From contig OZ024741.1 in assembly GCA_964016885.1 (NCBI GenBank), positions 393,390,001 through 393,454,000 on the forward strand: a DNA stretch of 64,000 bases. Direction: 5' to 3'. This document shows, one piece after another, positions 51,347-63,417 of the stretch; position 1 is the stretch's first letter; each line of letters opens with the position of its first letter. The notes beneath the pieces were generated by a model. It was not told the origin of the DNA and made no database searches. It was given only the letters and a program-made list of their open reading frames with translations. Source of the DNA: Eledone cirrhosa (Eukaryota). The position numbers were made by a program, and so were the translations under genes.

Positions 51347-52397
51347 GTTAGCATACTTTAAATTTTGTATTTCTGCCTGCTTAACTACTTGGATTTTATG
51401 AGAGTAGCATAAATGTAAATAAATGTGAATTTGCAATTTTGTGTGAATTTTCAATTTTGTGTTACAATGAGTGAGAAAGGAAGTGAAATGTACACACGCT
51501 AACAAAGAAAAACAAGTTTTATAAAAAATGTGTGAATGAAGTAGTTTTGAAAAATAAAGAGATTGTTAAAAACTACATTGAAATCACAAATAGCATAATC
51601 AGTTATATATAGCTTTGTACATCACCATCAGTTTATATCCACTTTCTATTCTGGTGTGGATTGGATGGATTGCTACAGTCTGAATCAGTTTATATTTAAG
51701 TTATAGCCCACCTAGGAAAATGTGGGATGAAATGATAAAGGTGGACCTGACTCAACTAAATCTACCAATGAGGATGACATAGGACCGAGTTCTCTGGTGC
51801 TACAACATTTGACAAAAGACCCATGTTGACAACTCAACTCTAGAATCAGCTCATAATGGCACCACCTAGCCCCACACTGCAAACACAGTTGACAGCAGGC
51901 CCACGAGGGATTCATTGTGGTCATCCAGTGTGGGGCTCTAAAACTATGATTCTTCTGTGTGAAGGGTTCAACACAGGCAACTGGCCTGTCCCTCCTCACA
52001 GCGGTGTCATCCAGTACTGGGCACCAAAACTGTTGTTCTGTGAGATCAGTGCAGCCAACTGAGTTTCATCAGCTCATAAACATGGTCTGAAATCTATAAG
52101 ATTCGAGTTTCCTTTAGCCTCAACAAAGATGAGGACACATATAGTCTTGATAAACGCTAAAAAGTGAGAAATCAGTTGATTACTACTTTCTGTTTTTGCT
52201 GAGGCTGGGTGTGTGAAGATGATCACAACCTTAAAAATTCCTAGTTTTTCATAAACATCCCGTATATTATTCAATATACAATATGTATATCTTAACCTTT
52301 ATTTTAAGAAATAGGTTTTGCCATGTTTGCACCAGTATCAGCATGGTGTGTTACCAGTCATCATGGTATTGTGTCATATATTAGTACATATTATTAA

Positions 52398-52577
52398 GCA
52401 GTATCGGTAGAGGGTCGGACGCCATGCTTTGCAGCAAAGAGTTACATCCCTTTATGATCTGAGTTCAAATCCCGCTGAGGTTAATTTTGCCTTTCATCCT
52501 TACGGGGTGGATAAAATAAATTACCAGTAATACACTGGGATAATTGCTGGCCTTGTGCCAAAAGTAGAAACAATTAT
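52398..52577 (+). mobile_element. SINE family A
   Basis: GCAGTATCGGTAGAG...GAGTTCAAATCCC...GTAGAAACAATTATT. Confidence 0.9.
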
Positions 52578-55500
52578 TAGTATGTTTTCTATATTTCAAA
52601 ACATTAAAGGTAAATTGTATTATTAATTAAAAAAAAAAAAATTAATTACATAATATAAGCTTATCAATGTAAAGATTATATATAAAATATATTCTTATTG
52701 AAAATATATTATTTTCAATCAAAATATTCCCAGATCATTTTAACATTTATTTTTACACAAATGTAATTCTATTAGGCTGGAGTTAAACTAACACACTTTT
52801 AATATAAAATCATCTTCCCTAACAAAGTTACATGTGAACAAAAATTATGGCACATGAAGAACAAATTTACATTTTCTTAGATCTGGATCTGATCACAAAT
52901 GTAAATGAACTGTGACACTCCCTTGCTTCATGGGATGATTGAGAAAATAGGCGTAATATCCTATTTTTAAGAAACCCCACAACTAAATTCAATGCATTTA
53001 TTGACTGACTTTAAAAAGGGAGTTAGTTACAAGGCTCCATGATTATATTTTAAGAACATCATAATTTTTTTAAATGAAAGAAACAACAAATTAAAACCTT
53101 TTGATATCAACCCAACCAAAACTGGCTCTTGTTCTATGAAATAAAACTGCCCATTTGAAAGGGCTCCTATCTAAATTAAAATATTCCAATATAATTTTAT
53201 GTAAGAAACATAAGCTAAGTTGCTATTTTAGCATAATGAAATGATTAATAGTTTTAGTAAATTCCTCAAAATCTTTTTATCAAATAACTGAAAAAAAATG
53301 GTCATGAAAGGATAAAGTAACTAAAGAAATATATGATAACTAAAAATAGAATTTAAAAAAAGAAAACAAACTAAAGAAACACCAAGAAGCTATTGAGTAA
53401 ACCTAGCACACTACAGTTAACTTTATTGAACTAAGTTTAAATAAATGCATTAATTAATAATTATTAATAATGTTATTGATATTGTTATTATTATTATGAC
53501 CATGCTATAAAATGGAGGGGTAGAGAGGGCCCATGAGTCCAGTAAGACATCCTCTCTAGTGCTGGTGGCACGAATAAAAGCACCCAGTCCATGCTGTAAA
53601 GTGGCACTGGTGTTAGGAAGGGCATCCAACCAGTGTATTAATGCCAAAACAATTATGAGCACAACAACAAATATATTTTTTGTCTCACTCTTGCAAGCAA
53701 GGAAAAGCGGACATAAAATGATGATGATGATGATGTTGCCATGGTAACTACTAGAGAGCAGATTTACTTCCCACTGTTTATCTTCGCATAATTTTTAATC
53801 TATTTACATTTGGAATTGTATCATTTACTTTTCTTTATAAGAATTATTAATGCTAATGAATTTTCTTCTCATTATATAATTTCAATTGATTAAAAATTCT
53901 TTGAGACATCAAGTATGTCAGTCTATATTAAATATATCAGTGTACCTAACTCCACATAGAAGACAGCCCTGAGAAACTTTCCAATATCATTATTTAAAAT
54001 TGCCTAATCAGTAAATAATTTTCACAAAAATTTTATATCCCCTCAGAGTCATTCTAAAACCTGGTAACTATGTGTTAGACTATTCCTGGCAGAGAATGTT
54101 AGCCCACATTTAACTCTTTCATGACTGCATTTCTAATGAAATATACTCTATTTCAATTAATTAATGAAGAACTTTTAGGGATTTCCTAAAATTATTAATT
54201 ATTTAATTACTAAGATAGTAACTTAATGTAAAGTTCTTATATAAAATTATGTTGGAAGATTTTAAATTGGAAACCTTTAAAATAGTGTGGTTTTATTTCA
54301 TAGAACCAGAGGCAGTTTTGGCCAGAATGGTAACTAAAGGGTCAGCTACATGTTTTTCACGAATAAAACATCCCCGGGAAAATTTTCAATATAAGTTTAA
54401 CAAATCTTGTCAGGGTCAACTTTGCCATTCATCCTTTCGAGGTTGGTTGTAAAGAAAAGAACCAGTCCAGTACTGGGATCAATTCTTCCTTTATCTCTAT
54501 CACTTTCTCTAGAAGAAACCAAGTATGGGCTCTGCCAAGTTTAAAATGGCCAAAAAAGGCCATGTGTCACTATGGTGTTCCTATGACTCCACTAGGAGTT
54601 ACAGATTCATACATACATACAGTGATTTAGCAGAAAATATTCAAACACAGGTTTGTTAACTCAAATGTTTATAGTAGACAAATTGTTGTGAAAATTTGTA
54701 GTAAACTAATATAAAGATGGGAAGAAAAATGTCAAAATGGAACATAGAGGCACACTAGAGAATGTAGAAGTAAAAAATTATATCCACACACAGAAAAGAC
54801 ACAATGCTCTGACAGATTACAGAAGCGACAAACACAAACGAATGCCAACCAAAATTAAACAGAAAACATGAGTGGAATGGCAACAACATCACAACTAGTA
54901 ATTAAGGACACGATAAAGACATACAGACATACACAAGAACCAAACTAATAAAACAAACCAGACATGCACAGATAGAACAGGCAACCAACTAGTGACAAGT
55001 AAATAAACATATAAATAAATAAAAACACACCCACACCCAGATATAACACATGTGCAAACCAAGTACAAGCACACAACACACAAAAACAAAATGGTGTCGG
55101 ACAGAACAAAGGAGACACACAATAACAAATCAGTCACTGAGGAGGTCACAGAATGTGTGACGAAAGAGCTTAAACAATAAATAAACAACTTACCGGTAAT
55201 TTGTAATAAATTGAAGTAAAAACCAACAGGTGCGTGTTTTTATTGGCAGCATGACCTTCCCAAAGTATAACAATATCTGTTTCAACACACGTTTTCAGAT
55301 AAGAAATCTTGCAAAACAAATTCAAAAGCGAAGTAATATAAAGACTTTGATTTTTTTATGTAATGCAGTCATAGTGTTGATTTGTATTTTTCAAGAATAT
55401 CTTGCTAACACAAGGTTTATTTTCAGTAAATATATATCTACTCAACATTTCTAAAAATAGATCATGTTTATTTCTTGAGCTCTTAACTCCTGATAAAGTC

Positions 55501-55919
55501 ATAAGGACGCTGGCCTAAGATAATGTGCATTGGCCATTTTAAACCTGGCAGACTTATTCCTCTCCAGGTCTGACCATAGCTAATCTTTTTTTAGCCTGAA
55601 AAGAGATAGAGATAGAAAAATTGCCCACTGCTTTGAAGGGATGAAAGGCAAAGTTGACCATGACAGAAATTGAAGTAAGGCAGCTGGGATGAACTTCACA
55701 TGCCATTCAATTTGACACTCTAGTGATTTTACCACTTTAATATTCATTACAAGTTCCAAAAGTGTGGTTTGCTTGGGGTTTTCAATTACTTTAGATGTCA
55801 TTATTTCAGAAGTTTAGGAATATTTTCCCTCTTTACCAATAGGAATTATCTTAAATGATACAAAATTTAATCATTATATCTTTGATAAATAAATATTATG
55901 AAATGATTATTTTTTTTAG

Positions 55920-56036
55920 ATATTTTCCTGCAGTGTCTATCAACTGAGTTTTCCTCACAGGATTGCTCAGAATTTTGGGAAGTTTCTTATTATTAAAGAT
56001 TCTGTTCAACTTAAACAAGTTAAAATTGATGGCACT
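55920..56036 (+). CDS. Galectin CRD exon 3
   Basis: tttttttag|IFSCSVYQLSFPHRIAQNFGKFLIIKDSVQLKQVKIDGT|gtaagt; F-x-H-R motif, phase 0/0. Confidence 0.9.
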
Positions 56037-57279
56037 GTAAGTAGTGATGAGTATTTTTTTGTTTGTTTTATAAATCTTTTACAGTCTGAGGTAGTCAATT
56101 GCTGTTTTATTGTCTTACCTAAATAACATGTTAAAAATATTTATAGTTCAATGGAATTAGATTCTTTAGTCTGTTTTTCCAAAAGATGAGCAGGGAAATA
56201 TATTGACATAATATTCATGCATTCTGTTCCATATTTGTTTTTCTGTGCTATGTGCCTCAACTTAACCCTTATTTGTTTGAATATCTTCTGATTTAGTGGT
56301 TGTATCAGTTTCGTCAGAATATATACTGATTTCTGATTGACTGTTTGCCAAAAATTTCTCTTTCCATAATATTATATTCTTGTGCAAGGGACAGATTTAC
56401 ATGAAATCATTTTTTAAAAATTAATAAAGTGACTAATTATGTTCAGGTAATATTTAATAGTCTAACCAATCAGAGACTAATATATTAAGATTGATTCTTT
56501 AAAAGAACATTTTAAGGAAGGGAGAATATTTATGTATACAAAGAAATTATTTTAAATGATTGTAACTCCAAAGATATGTTGTTATTTTTATGCTGAAATT
56601 TAGTTATTTTATGGTAAAAGAATAAATGAAATTGGTTTTATTAGGTATCACTATTTTAAAAAGAGCTCATTCAATTTATGGCATGTAATAACATTTTACA
56701 GTTACTTTTTTTAGTCATTAGACTGTGGCCAAGCTTATTTTAACAATCTTTTTCGTTAGCCACACCTACTTTGAGAACCTCTGCTCTAAAGATATTAAAT
56801 ATAACAGATTGACTATAATTTCATTTCTTGATACATGTATTGCTATTTGTTTAATTTGCTTAGATAACTGCCATAGCACTGATTATTTGAGTTGATGTTC
56901 ACTCTCAATGAATACGTACTCCATTTAGATGAACTAAAATTGTACTGTCTATGATTCATATGCATGTAAGTATGTATGATTGTGTGTGTGAGAGGGAGGG
57001 AGAGAGAGATTTTTTCATAGCAATACTTTGTTCTTCCTCATTCACTTAATGATGTCATTGGATATTTTTTCTCCTTGCATACATTTCATCGTATCTCAAG
57101 AAGACATCTTTACACTTTACTGTGGTATAATTGGTCATAATTGTTTTGAAATATTTACATCTACATCCATGGATTGATTTTCTTCAGTTTCAGAAGATCT
57201 TGATTTAGAGTGAAAGCAGAAGTTGTTTGCTTAAACATTTAACAATAAACCCATGGTAGTGTGGAAAATGTGTGTGTGT

Positions 57280-57707
57280 ATCATCATCATCATCACCGTT
57301 TTATGTCTGTCATGGGTTAGACGGGTTGTCCTGTTGTGGGCAGTATCTGGTCGGCTGACCATGTCTTGCTCATACAGGAACTGATTTGGCTTGATTTCTA
57401 CAGCTGGATGCCCTTCCTAACACCAACCTCATTTACAGTGAGTGCTGGGTGCTTTTTCGTGGCGCCTATACGTCCACTTCACAGTGTGGGCTGGGTGCTT
57501 TTTTGCCGTGGCACCTCCACGACCATTTTGCAGTGGAATGATATGGACCCCAGTCCCTATCATCTCATTTCTACAGCTGAGTAAACTGGAGCAATGTGAA
57601 ATAAAGTGTCTTGCTCAAGGAAACAACACATCACCCGGTCTGAGAATTGAACTCACAACCTTTCGATTGCAAGGCCAATGCTCTAACCACTAAGCCATGT
57701 GCCTCCA
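57280..57707 (-). mobile_element. SINE family B, full length
   Basis: Minus: tRNA head TGGCTTAGTGGTTAGAGC...GAGTTCAATTC, central TCCTTGAGCAAGACACTTTA, core GGAAGGGCATCCAG, (GAT)n tail. Confidence 0.9.
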
Positions 57708-57910
57708 TTATAGAATATTTATGTATCGAGAGAGAGAAAAGGAGGGATAGGTGATACATGTAGTTATTTGCCAAATAGCATATGCAGAGGGTGCTCAATG
57801 TTAGTGCCGGCAGTGTTAATATCTAGTGTGCGAGAGAATTAGCAGAGCGTAAGCACGTGTAGAAGTAAAATACAGGAGAACAGACCGTTAAAACATGTTT
57901 ATTTAAAATA

Positions 57911-57950
57911 GCACCTACGTACGTTTCGCCCGAATGGGCTTCTCAAGGGC
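57911..57950 (-). ncRNA. Minimal hammerhead ribozyme, U3/A8 variant
   Basis: Minus strand: CC-TTGAGAA-GCCC-ATTC-GGGC-GAAA-CGTACG-TA-GG, then AATAAA. Confidence 0.7.
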
Positions 57951-58265
57951 ATAATAACTAAAAAGCGTTCTTTACATGATCCGGAATGGGTTTTTAGAGA
58001 TAAATTCACGTCAGAGTATATTTCTTCGTAAAAAAAAATATTTTGATTTTGCAGTAGGTCAAGGGAGATAACTCTGGCCGGTGTTAGGGCAGTCTTTCCC
58101 GGACAAATTTTTTTTCCGATACAAGCATGTGGTTACTACCTTACCATTGACGATACGCACAGGGTCAGGTATGCAACGTTTGTTTCGAGACGTTTGTTTT
58201 CTGCGCCTGCCCGCCTGGGTCGATTCATATATATATGTATGTATGTGTATATATATATATATATA

Positions 58266-58666
58266 CTAGCAGATTTACCCGGCGTTGCTCGGGGTTTGAA
58301 ATTATGCTAAGAATATACAGCTAGGAAGTAAAAGAACATTATTTGTCCCTAACCTGTCAAAATAAGCAGAGCCAATATGTGCATACTTTCTTTTACGGGG
58401 CATATTTGGTGAAAAGGTTATCTCCCTTTTTTTATAAGGATTGTCAATAAAGTTTGTTATCTCCCTTACATCAATTTTTCTACCGATAATTTTGATATCG
58501 ATTTTTTATTGTTCAACGTGGGTCGATTTGAAAAATGTGTGTGATGTGACAATCTTAGCGACATGTACAGAAAATTTGGTCAAATTCAGTTGGTAATTGT
58601 GAAAGCCTTATGCATGCAAAGTTGTACACAGACACACACACATCCTCGCTTTTATATATATAAAGA
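58266..58666 (-). mobile_element. Non-autonomous Helitron
   Basis: Minus: A|TCTTTATATAT ... CCCCGAGCAACGCCGGGTAAATCTGCTAG|T; canonical TC/CTAG ends, subterminal hairpin, AT target. Confidence 0.85.
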
Positions 58667-58672
58667 TATATG

Positions 58673-58735
<63 letters not shown>

Positions 58736-58773
58736 GTATATATCATCATCATCATCATCATTTTATATATATA

Positions 58774-60842
58774 TAGTAGTGAAAGAATGAAGAATAACAT
58801 GGCTGGCTGTACAAAAAGTGTTTTATTTACAGTATTAACAATTGTTTCATTGATCAGGTGAGTCTAAAGGCCGCTAATCATTCGAAGTTGCGTCACTCGA
58901 CCTTAAATACAGTGTGTGTCTCTGATCAAATCATTTGGAATACTGGAAGGTGTAACACATAAGGCAGGCCACAAGGAGGGGCTCAAATACCTACCAGATA
59001 GAGGCACCAACTACAAACCTAATGACAATTACACTACCCGCACCTATAGGAATAACAAATATAGAACTAAACATAGAAATAGACAACGAGCACCAGGAAT
59101 AGCCGAATTGAACACTAATATAGGGACCCCTAAAAACTACAGAAAATCCAGAGATAGGAAATATTTATGGTTCAATCCAATCTTCAACTCCTCTATAAAA
59201 ACAAACCTACCTTCTACATTCTTTAAACTAATTGACAAACACTTCCCTAAACTACACAAATACCATAGAATCTTTAACAGAAAAACTCTACTGCAGCCAA
59301 CATAGAATCACACATATATAAAAATCAACTATAAAAGAATCTCCAAGGAAAGTAATCTACCAACATACACCATAGCACCAAATACAAAACACAAACACAT
59401 AACAACATCACAACCACACACACGTCAGGGCACATTGCAACAAAACATCAATAAACCTAAATCTCAGCACATCCCTAACAACATACAAAACCGCAACAGA
59501 GAACTCCAAGTGTAACTGCCACCTACCGGATAAATGGCCACTACAAAATAGATGCCTGGAATCAAGTATAGTGTACCTTTGTACTATCAAATCAGGCAAC
59601 TTAGCAGGGCACTACATAGGTTCTACTGCTGGGGATTAAAAAAAAGATGGTATGTACATAGGTATTCTATAAAAAAACCGTAGACTAGAGAACTCAACGA
59701 CACTGGCCAATAAGATCTGGCAGCTTAAGGACATCAACCAGGAATATGAGATCAGCTGGTCAAAGTTATCGAGTGCAAGGGCCTACAAAAGTGGAATATC
59801 CCACTGCAGACTTTGCAATATGGAGCTGCTCCATATTTTAAAATATGATAAAATGCTGCTTAACAAACAAAATAGAACAATCAATTTTCTGTAGGCAAAA
59901 TCAGCTACCAGATCCACAAACTTCAAACCAACATGATTAGAACTAGCAATCCCAAAATTAGAACTGAACCACCTAGATTTAGCATATAGAATACACACCA
60001 TCACATTGCTATTAGCTGTCAAACGGCCAACTGGTCACTGGATCATAAATCTCTGAACATCTCTTTCACCCTCTCTCCCTGAAACCGCATCAACCCCATT
60101 AAGGCAAGACAATCAGCAAAACATTTGCCACACACATTTGTTAAACCTCCCTTCACCATCCACCCTAAGCCCTTAAATCTTATGCTAGTATCTCCCAATT
60201 AATCTCTAATTTATTGCTTTTTCTTTTATCTGTCACTACCTCAGACTCTCTACACGTATCTATGTATGTTTCGAATAAACCCACCACAGAATCCTTATCG
60301 GACACTTACTCACCACCACCACTATCATATTCTGTACTTATCTGCTCTCACTTATCCTTATTTCTTTATATTTGTATTATTTTTCCATTTTCTTACTTTT
60401 TTACTGTATTTTTTTCTTATCTTTTACTTTTTACATCTGTAACCTCTCTACCTATTTATCATATATATTTTATTATTGATGTTATTGTTTTGAGTATATG
60501 CTATTTTTGTATATATATCTTGCCTTGTGTGAATTATTTTTGTATTCTGAGGAGTTGGTCAGAGGTAAATAATGTAATGGAGATCGAGTGACGCAACTTC
60601 GAGCGATTAGCGGCCTATAGACTCACCTGATCAATGAAACAATTGTCAATACCTGAAATAAAGCCCCTTGTTGTACAGCCAACCATGTTACTCTTCGTTC
60701 TTTCACTATTATTACTCCAAGTATAACCTACATAGGAATTCCCGCGAACTCGCTGCCTAACTATGGAAACATCTTGTTGAGTTAAACAAAGCCGAGTACT
60801 CACAACCTCTAACTGGATTACCTATAACGATAACTTGTTATC

Positions 60843-60845
<3 letters not shown>
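58774..60845 (+). mobile_element. Penelope-like element, 5'-truncated, with inverted pseudo-LTR and GIY-YIG endonuclease
   Basis: RKYLWFNP...FFKLIDKHFP...IFNRKT (about 59157-59290); CNC...PL...C linker; IVY...YIG...KRW...H...CRLC..E GIY-YIG (about 59510-59850); 58774-58901 is the inverted copy of 60583-60711. Confidence 0.9.
60542..60652 (+). ncRNA. Type I hammerhead ribozyme with large stem-II insertion in the Penelope pLTR
   Basis: GTATT-CTGAGGA-GTTGGTCAG[64 nt]CTGATCAAT-GAAA-CAATTG-TC-AATAC; 5-bp stem I, 9-bp stem II, palindromic stem III, GUC site at 60645-60647, AATAAA at 60657. Confidence 0.85.
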
Positions 60846-60920
<75 letters not shown>

Positions 60921-60948
60921 ATATATATATATACACATATATATATAT

Positions 60949-61235
60949 GGAGGCACATGGCTTAGTGGTTAGAGCATTGGTTCAATTCTCAGGCCGGGTG
61001 ATGTGTTGTTTCCTTGAGCAAGACGCTTTATTTAACATTGCTCCAGTTTACTCAGCTGTAGAAATGAGATGATAGGGGCTGGGGTCCCTATCATTCCACT
61101 GCAAAGTGGTCGTGGAGGTGCCACGGCAAAAAAGCACCCAGCACTCACTGTAAATGAGGTTGGTGTTAGGAAGGGCATCCAGCTGTAGAAATCAAGCAGG
61201 GAAAAGCGGACGTAAAATGATGATGATGATGATGA
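60949..61235 (+). mobile_element. SINE family B (internally deleted)
   Basis: Head GGAGGCACATGGCTTAGTGGTTAGAGC, core and (GAT)n tail match 57280-57707. Confidence 0.9.
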
Positions 61236-61251
61236 TATATATATACACATA

Positions 61252-61336
<85 letters not shown>

Positions 61337-61337
<1 letters not shown>

Positions 61338-61645
61338 ACTCAAGAAAGAGGAGTAACATGGTTGGCTGTACAATAAGGGCTTTATTCACAGTGTTACACA
61401 ATTGTTTCTTTGATCTGGTAGGTCTAGAGCTCGCTAATCGCTTGATGTTGCATCAATCGATCTCCAATACTTTGTTTATAACCAGTCAATTCGTCAGAGC
61501 GTGCGGATGTGAGGATGGCTTTTATCAATATGGAAGCGTCTTGTTGAGTCAAACTAAGCCATACATTAATACCATCCACAACATGGAGTACCCTAACTGG
61601 ACTACCTCAGAGTGGATTGCCTATAATGATAACTTGTTATCCCGC
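61337..61645. mobile_element. Second Penelope-like fragment of the same family (inverted pLTR piece plus forward tail)
   Basis: 61337-61465 is an inverted, diverged copy of 60578-60711; 61527-61643 matches 60761-60845. Confidence 0.75.
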
Positions 61646-61869
61646 ATATATATATATGTATGTAAAAGGTAAACAGAAATAACAACACAATTGGTACGGT
61701 ATATGGAAGGGATATATTAGATTAACGCTTGATATAGCAGGAAGAGGGTCTTAACGTTTCAGACGCTAGTCCTTCATATAGTAATAATGATAAATGTGAA
61801 GACTTAAATCCAAAGAGGGCTCGATAAGGATAAATCTATATCAAATATGTAAGAACCATAGGGCAAACG

Positions 61870-62761
61870 TTTATTAAAATAACAGATTAAAGTTTAAGCA
61901 AATAATCACTGCTTTCACCCTTAACAGGATCTTCTGAAACTAAAAAAAATCAATCTGTGAACGCAGAAGTAAATATTTCGAAAGACGTTGCAACCGAAGG
62001 AAAACAGGAAGATGATACTTCGGTTTGTGAAGATGTTCTCTGATCATTGTGTATATGTTTGAGTTGCTGTATATGTGGGCGAGTGTATATGTATATTTGT
62101 GTATATGTGTCTATGTATGTTGGTATTTTTTTATATACACATATATGTATGTATATGTGTATATATGGGTATGTTTGAGTGTGTATGTGTGTTTGTATGT
62201 ATGGTGTGTATATGTATACATAGGGTTGGTATATGTACGTTGTTGAACATATGTGTATTTACAGTGTAGGTGTGTGTGCGTTATATACACTTTTATGCGT
62301 GTATATTTATATATGTATATATGATTATATCTATACACACACACACACATATTTATATGTGTATTTGGTGTATACGTTCGTATGTGTGCGGGTATATGTG
62401 TCACGCCGGGTTTACGTATGTGTGTGCGTGTTTATGTGTATGTGCATGTATATGTATGCATGGCAGGTGTTTTCATGTATGACCGTGTATGTATGTATAT
62501 GGATGTGTGTATGTATATATTTAATTATTATTACTTTTATGATTTTAATAACCTCTGTCATTTTCGTTCAACTAATTTATTTACATTATTCTTAACTCCG
62601 AAGCCAGGGAACGTCTTCACGAACCAAAGTATTGTCTTCCTGTCTTCCTTCGGTTGCAACATCTTCTGCGTTCACAGATTGATTTTTTTAGTTTCAGAAG
62701 ATCCCATTAAGGGTGAAAGCAGCGATCCTTTGCTTAAACTTTAATCTGTTATTTTAATAAA
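61870..62761. repeat. Long inverted repeat (arms 61870-62038 and 62609-62761) around a GT/TA microsatellite spacer
   Basis: The arms are near-exact reverse complements; the left arm has about 15 extra nt. Confidence 0.92.
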
Positions 62762-62878
62762 TTAAAATATATATATATATACATATACACAAGCAAACAC
62801 ACACACATATATATACATACTTTGCTGTTGATTATACTATTCTTTCAATGTAACATTTTAATTTGTTCTTGTTTCTAG

Positions 62879-62932
62879 ACATTAGTTCCCCCTGTTTCAT
62901 TACAACTTGTCTTTCCACCTATTTTTAAACCA
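62879..62932 (+). CDS. Galectin linker exon
   Basis: ttgtttctag|TLVPPVSLQLVFPPIFKP|gtaagt; Pro-rich, phase 0/0, ends like the PIYNP segment that precedes a second CRD. Confidence 0.75.
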
Positions 62933-63417
62933 GTAAGTATTTGTTTATATTTATTTTTTCAATGAACTGCATTAATAATTTCTATTCAGTTATTCATCCA
63001 CACTCTAACATGGGTGGGAAGGGCATCCAGCCATAGAAACCAGCTAAAATATTGGTCCATACGAGAAAGACATGGTCTCCTGGCCTGACTTATCCCATAA
63101 CATGACAACCTGTCTAACCCATGCTAACATGGGAAATGGACTTTAAATGATGATGACATTGCAATACTATGTTAATTAGTTAGTTGGTTCACCTACTATG
63201 AATATAAGTATAAATGACCAATCATTACAACTACTAGTATGAGTACCTGCAGTGCCTGTTTTATTGATATTTTGATCTCCTATGATAGTCCCACAGCATT
63301 TATTTCTCAATGTAGAGACATTTCATGGTGTAAATGCCTTTTATTTAAACCCCCAACCAGCAACAAACCTTCAGTCTAATCATCTAATTGGTGACTTCCA
63401 CAAAAATAAGAGGTATA

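Noticed and set aside
57620-57707. tRNA gene
   Set aside because: A and B boxes are present but the sequence runs into the SINE B body and recurs at 60949; it is a SINE head. The same applies to SINE A heads.
60588-60608. SECIS element in the hammerhead insertion (GTGAC...CGAT)
   Set aside because: The helix between the putative GA pairs is far shorter than the roughly 11-12 bp a SECIS needs.
58555-62744. ORFs rich in YI, CV or HT repeats (58555-58861, 61032-61672, 62049-62744)
   Set aside because: Translations of (TA)n, (GT)n and (GAT)n microsatellites.
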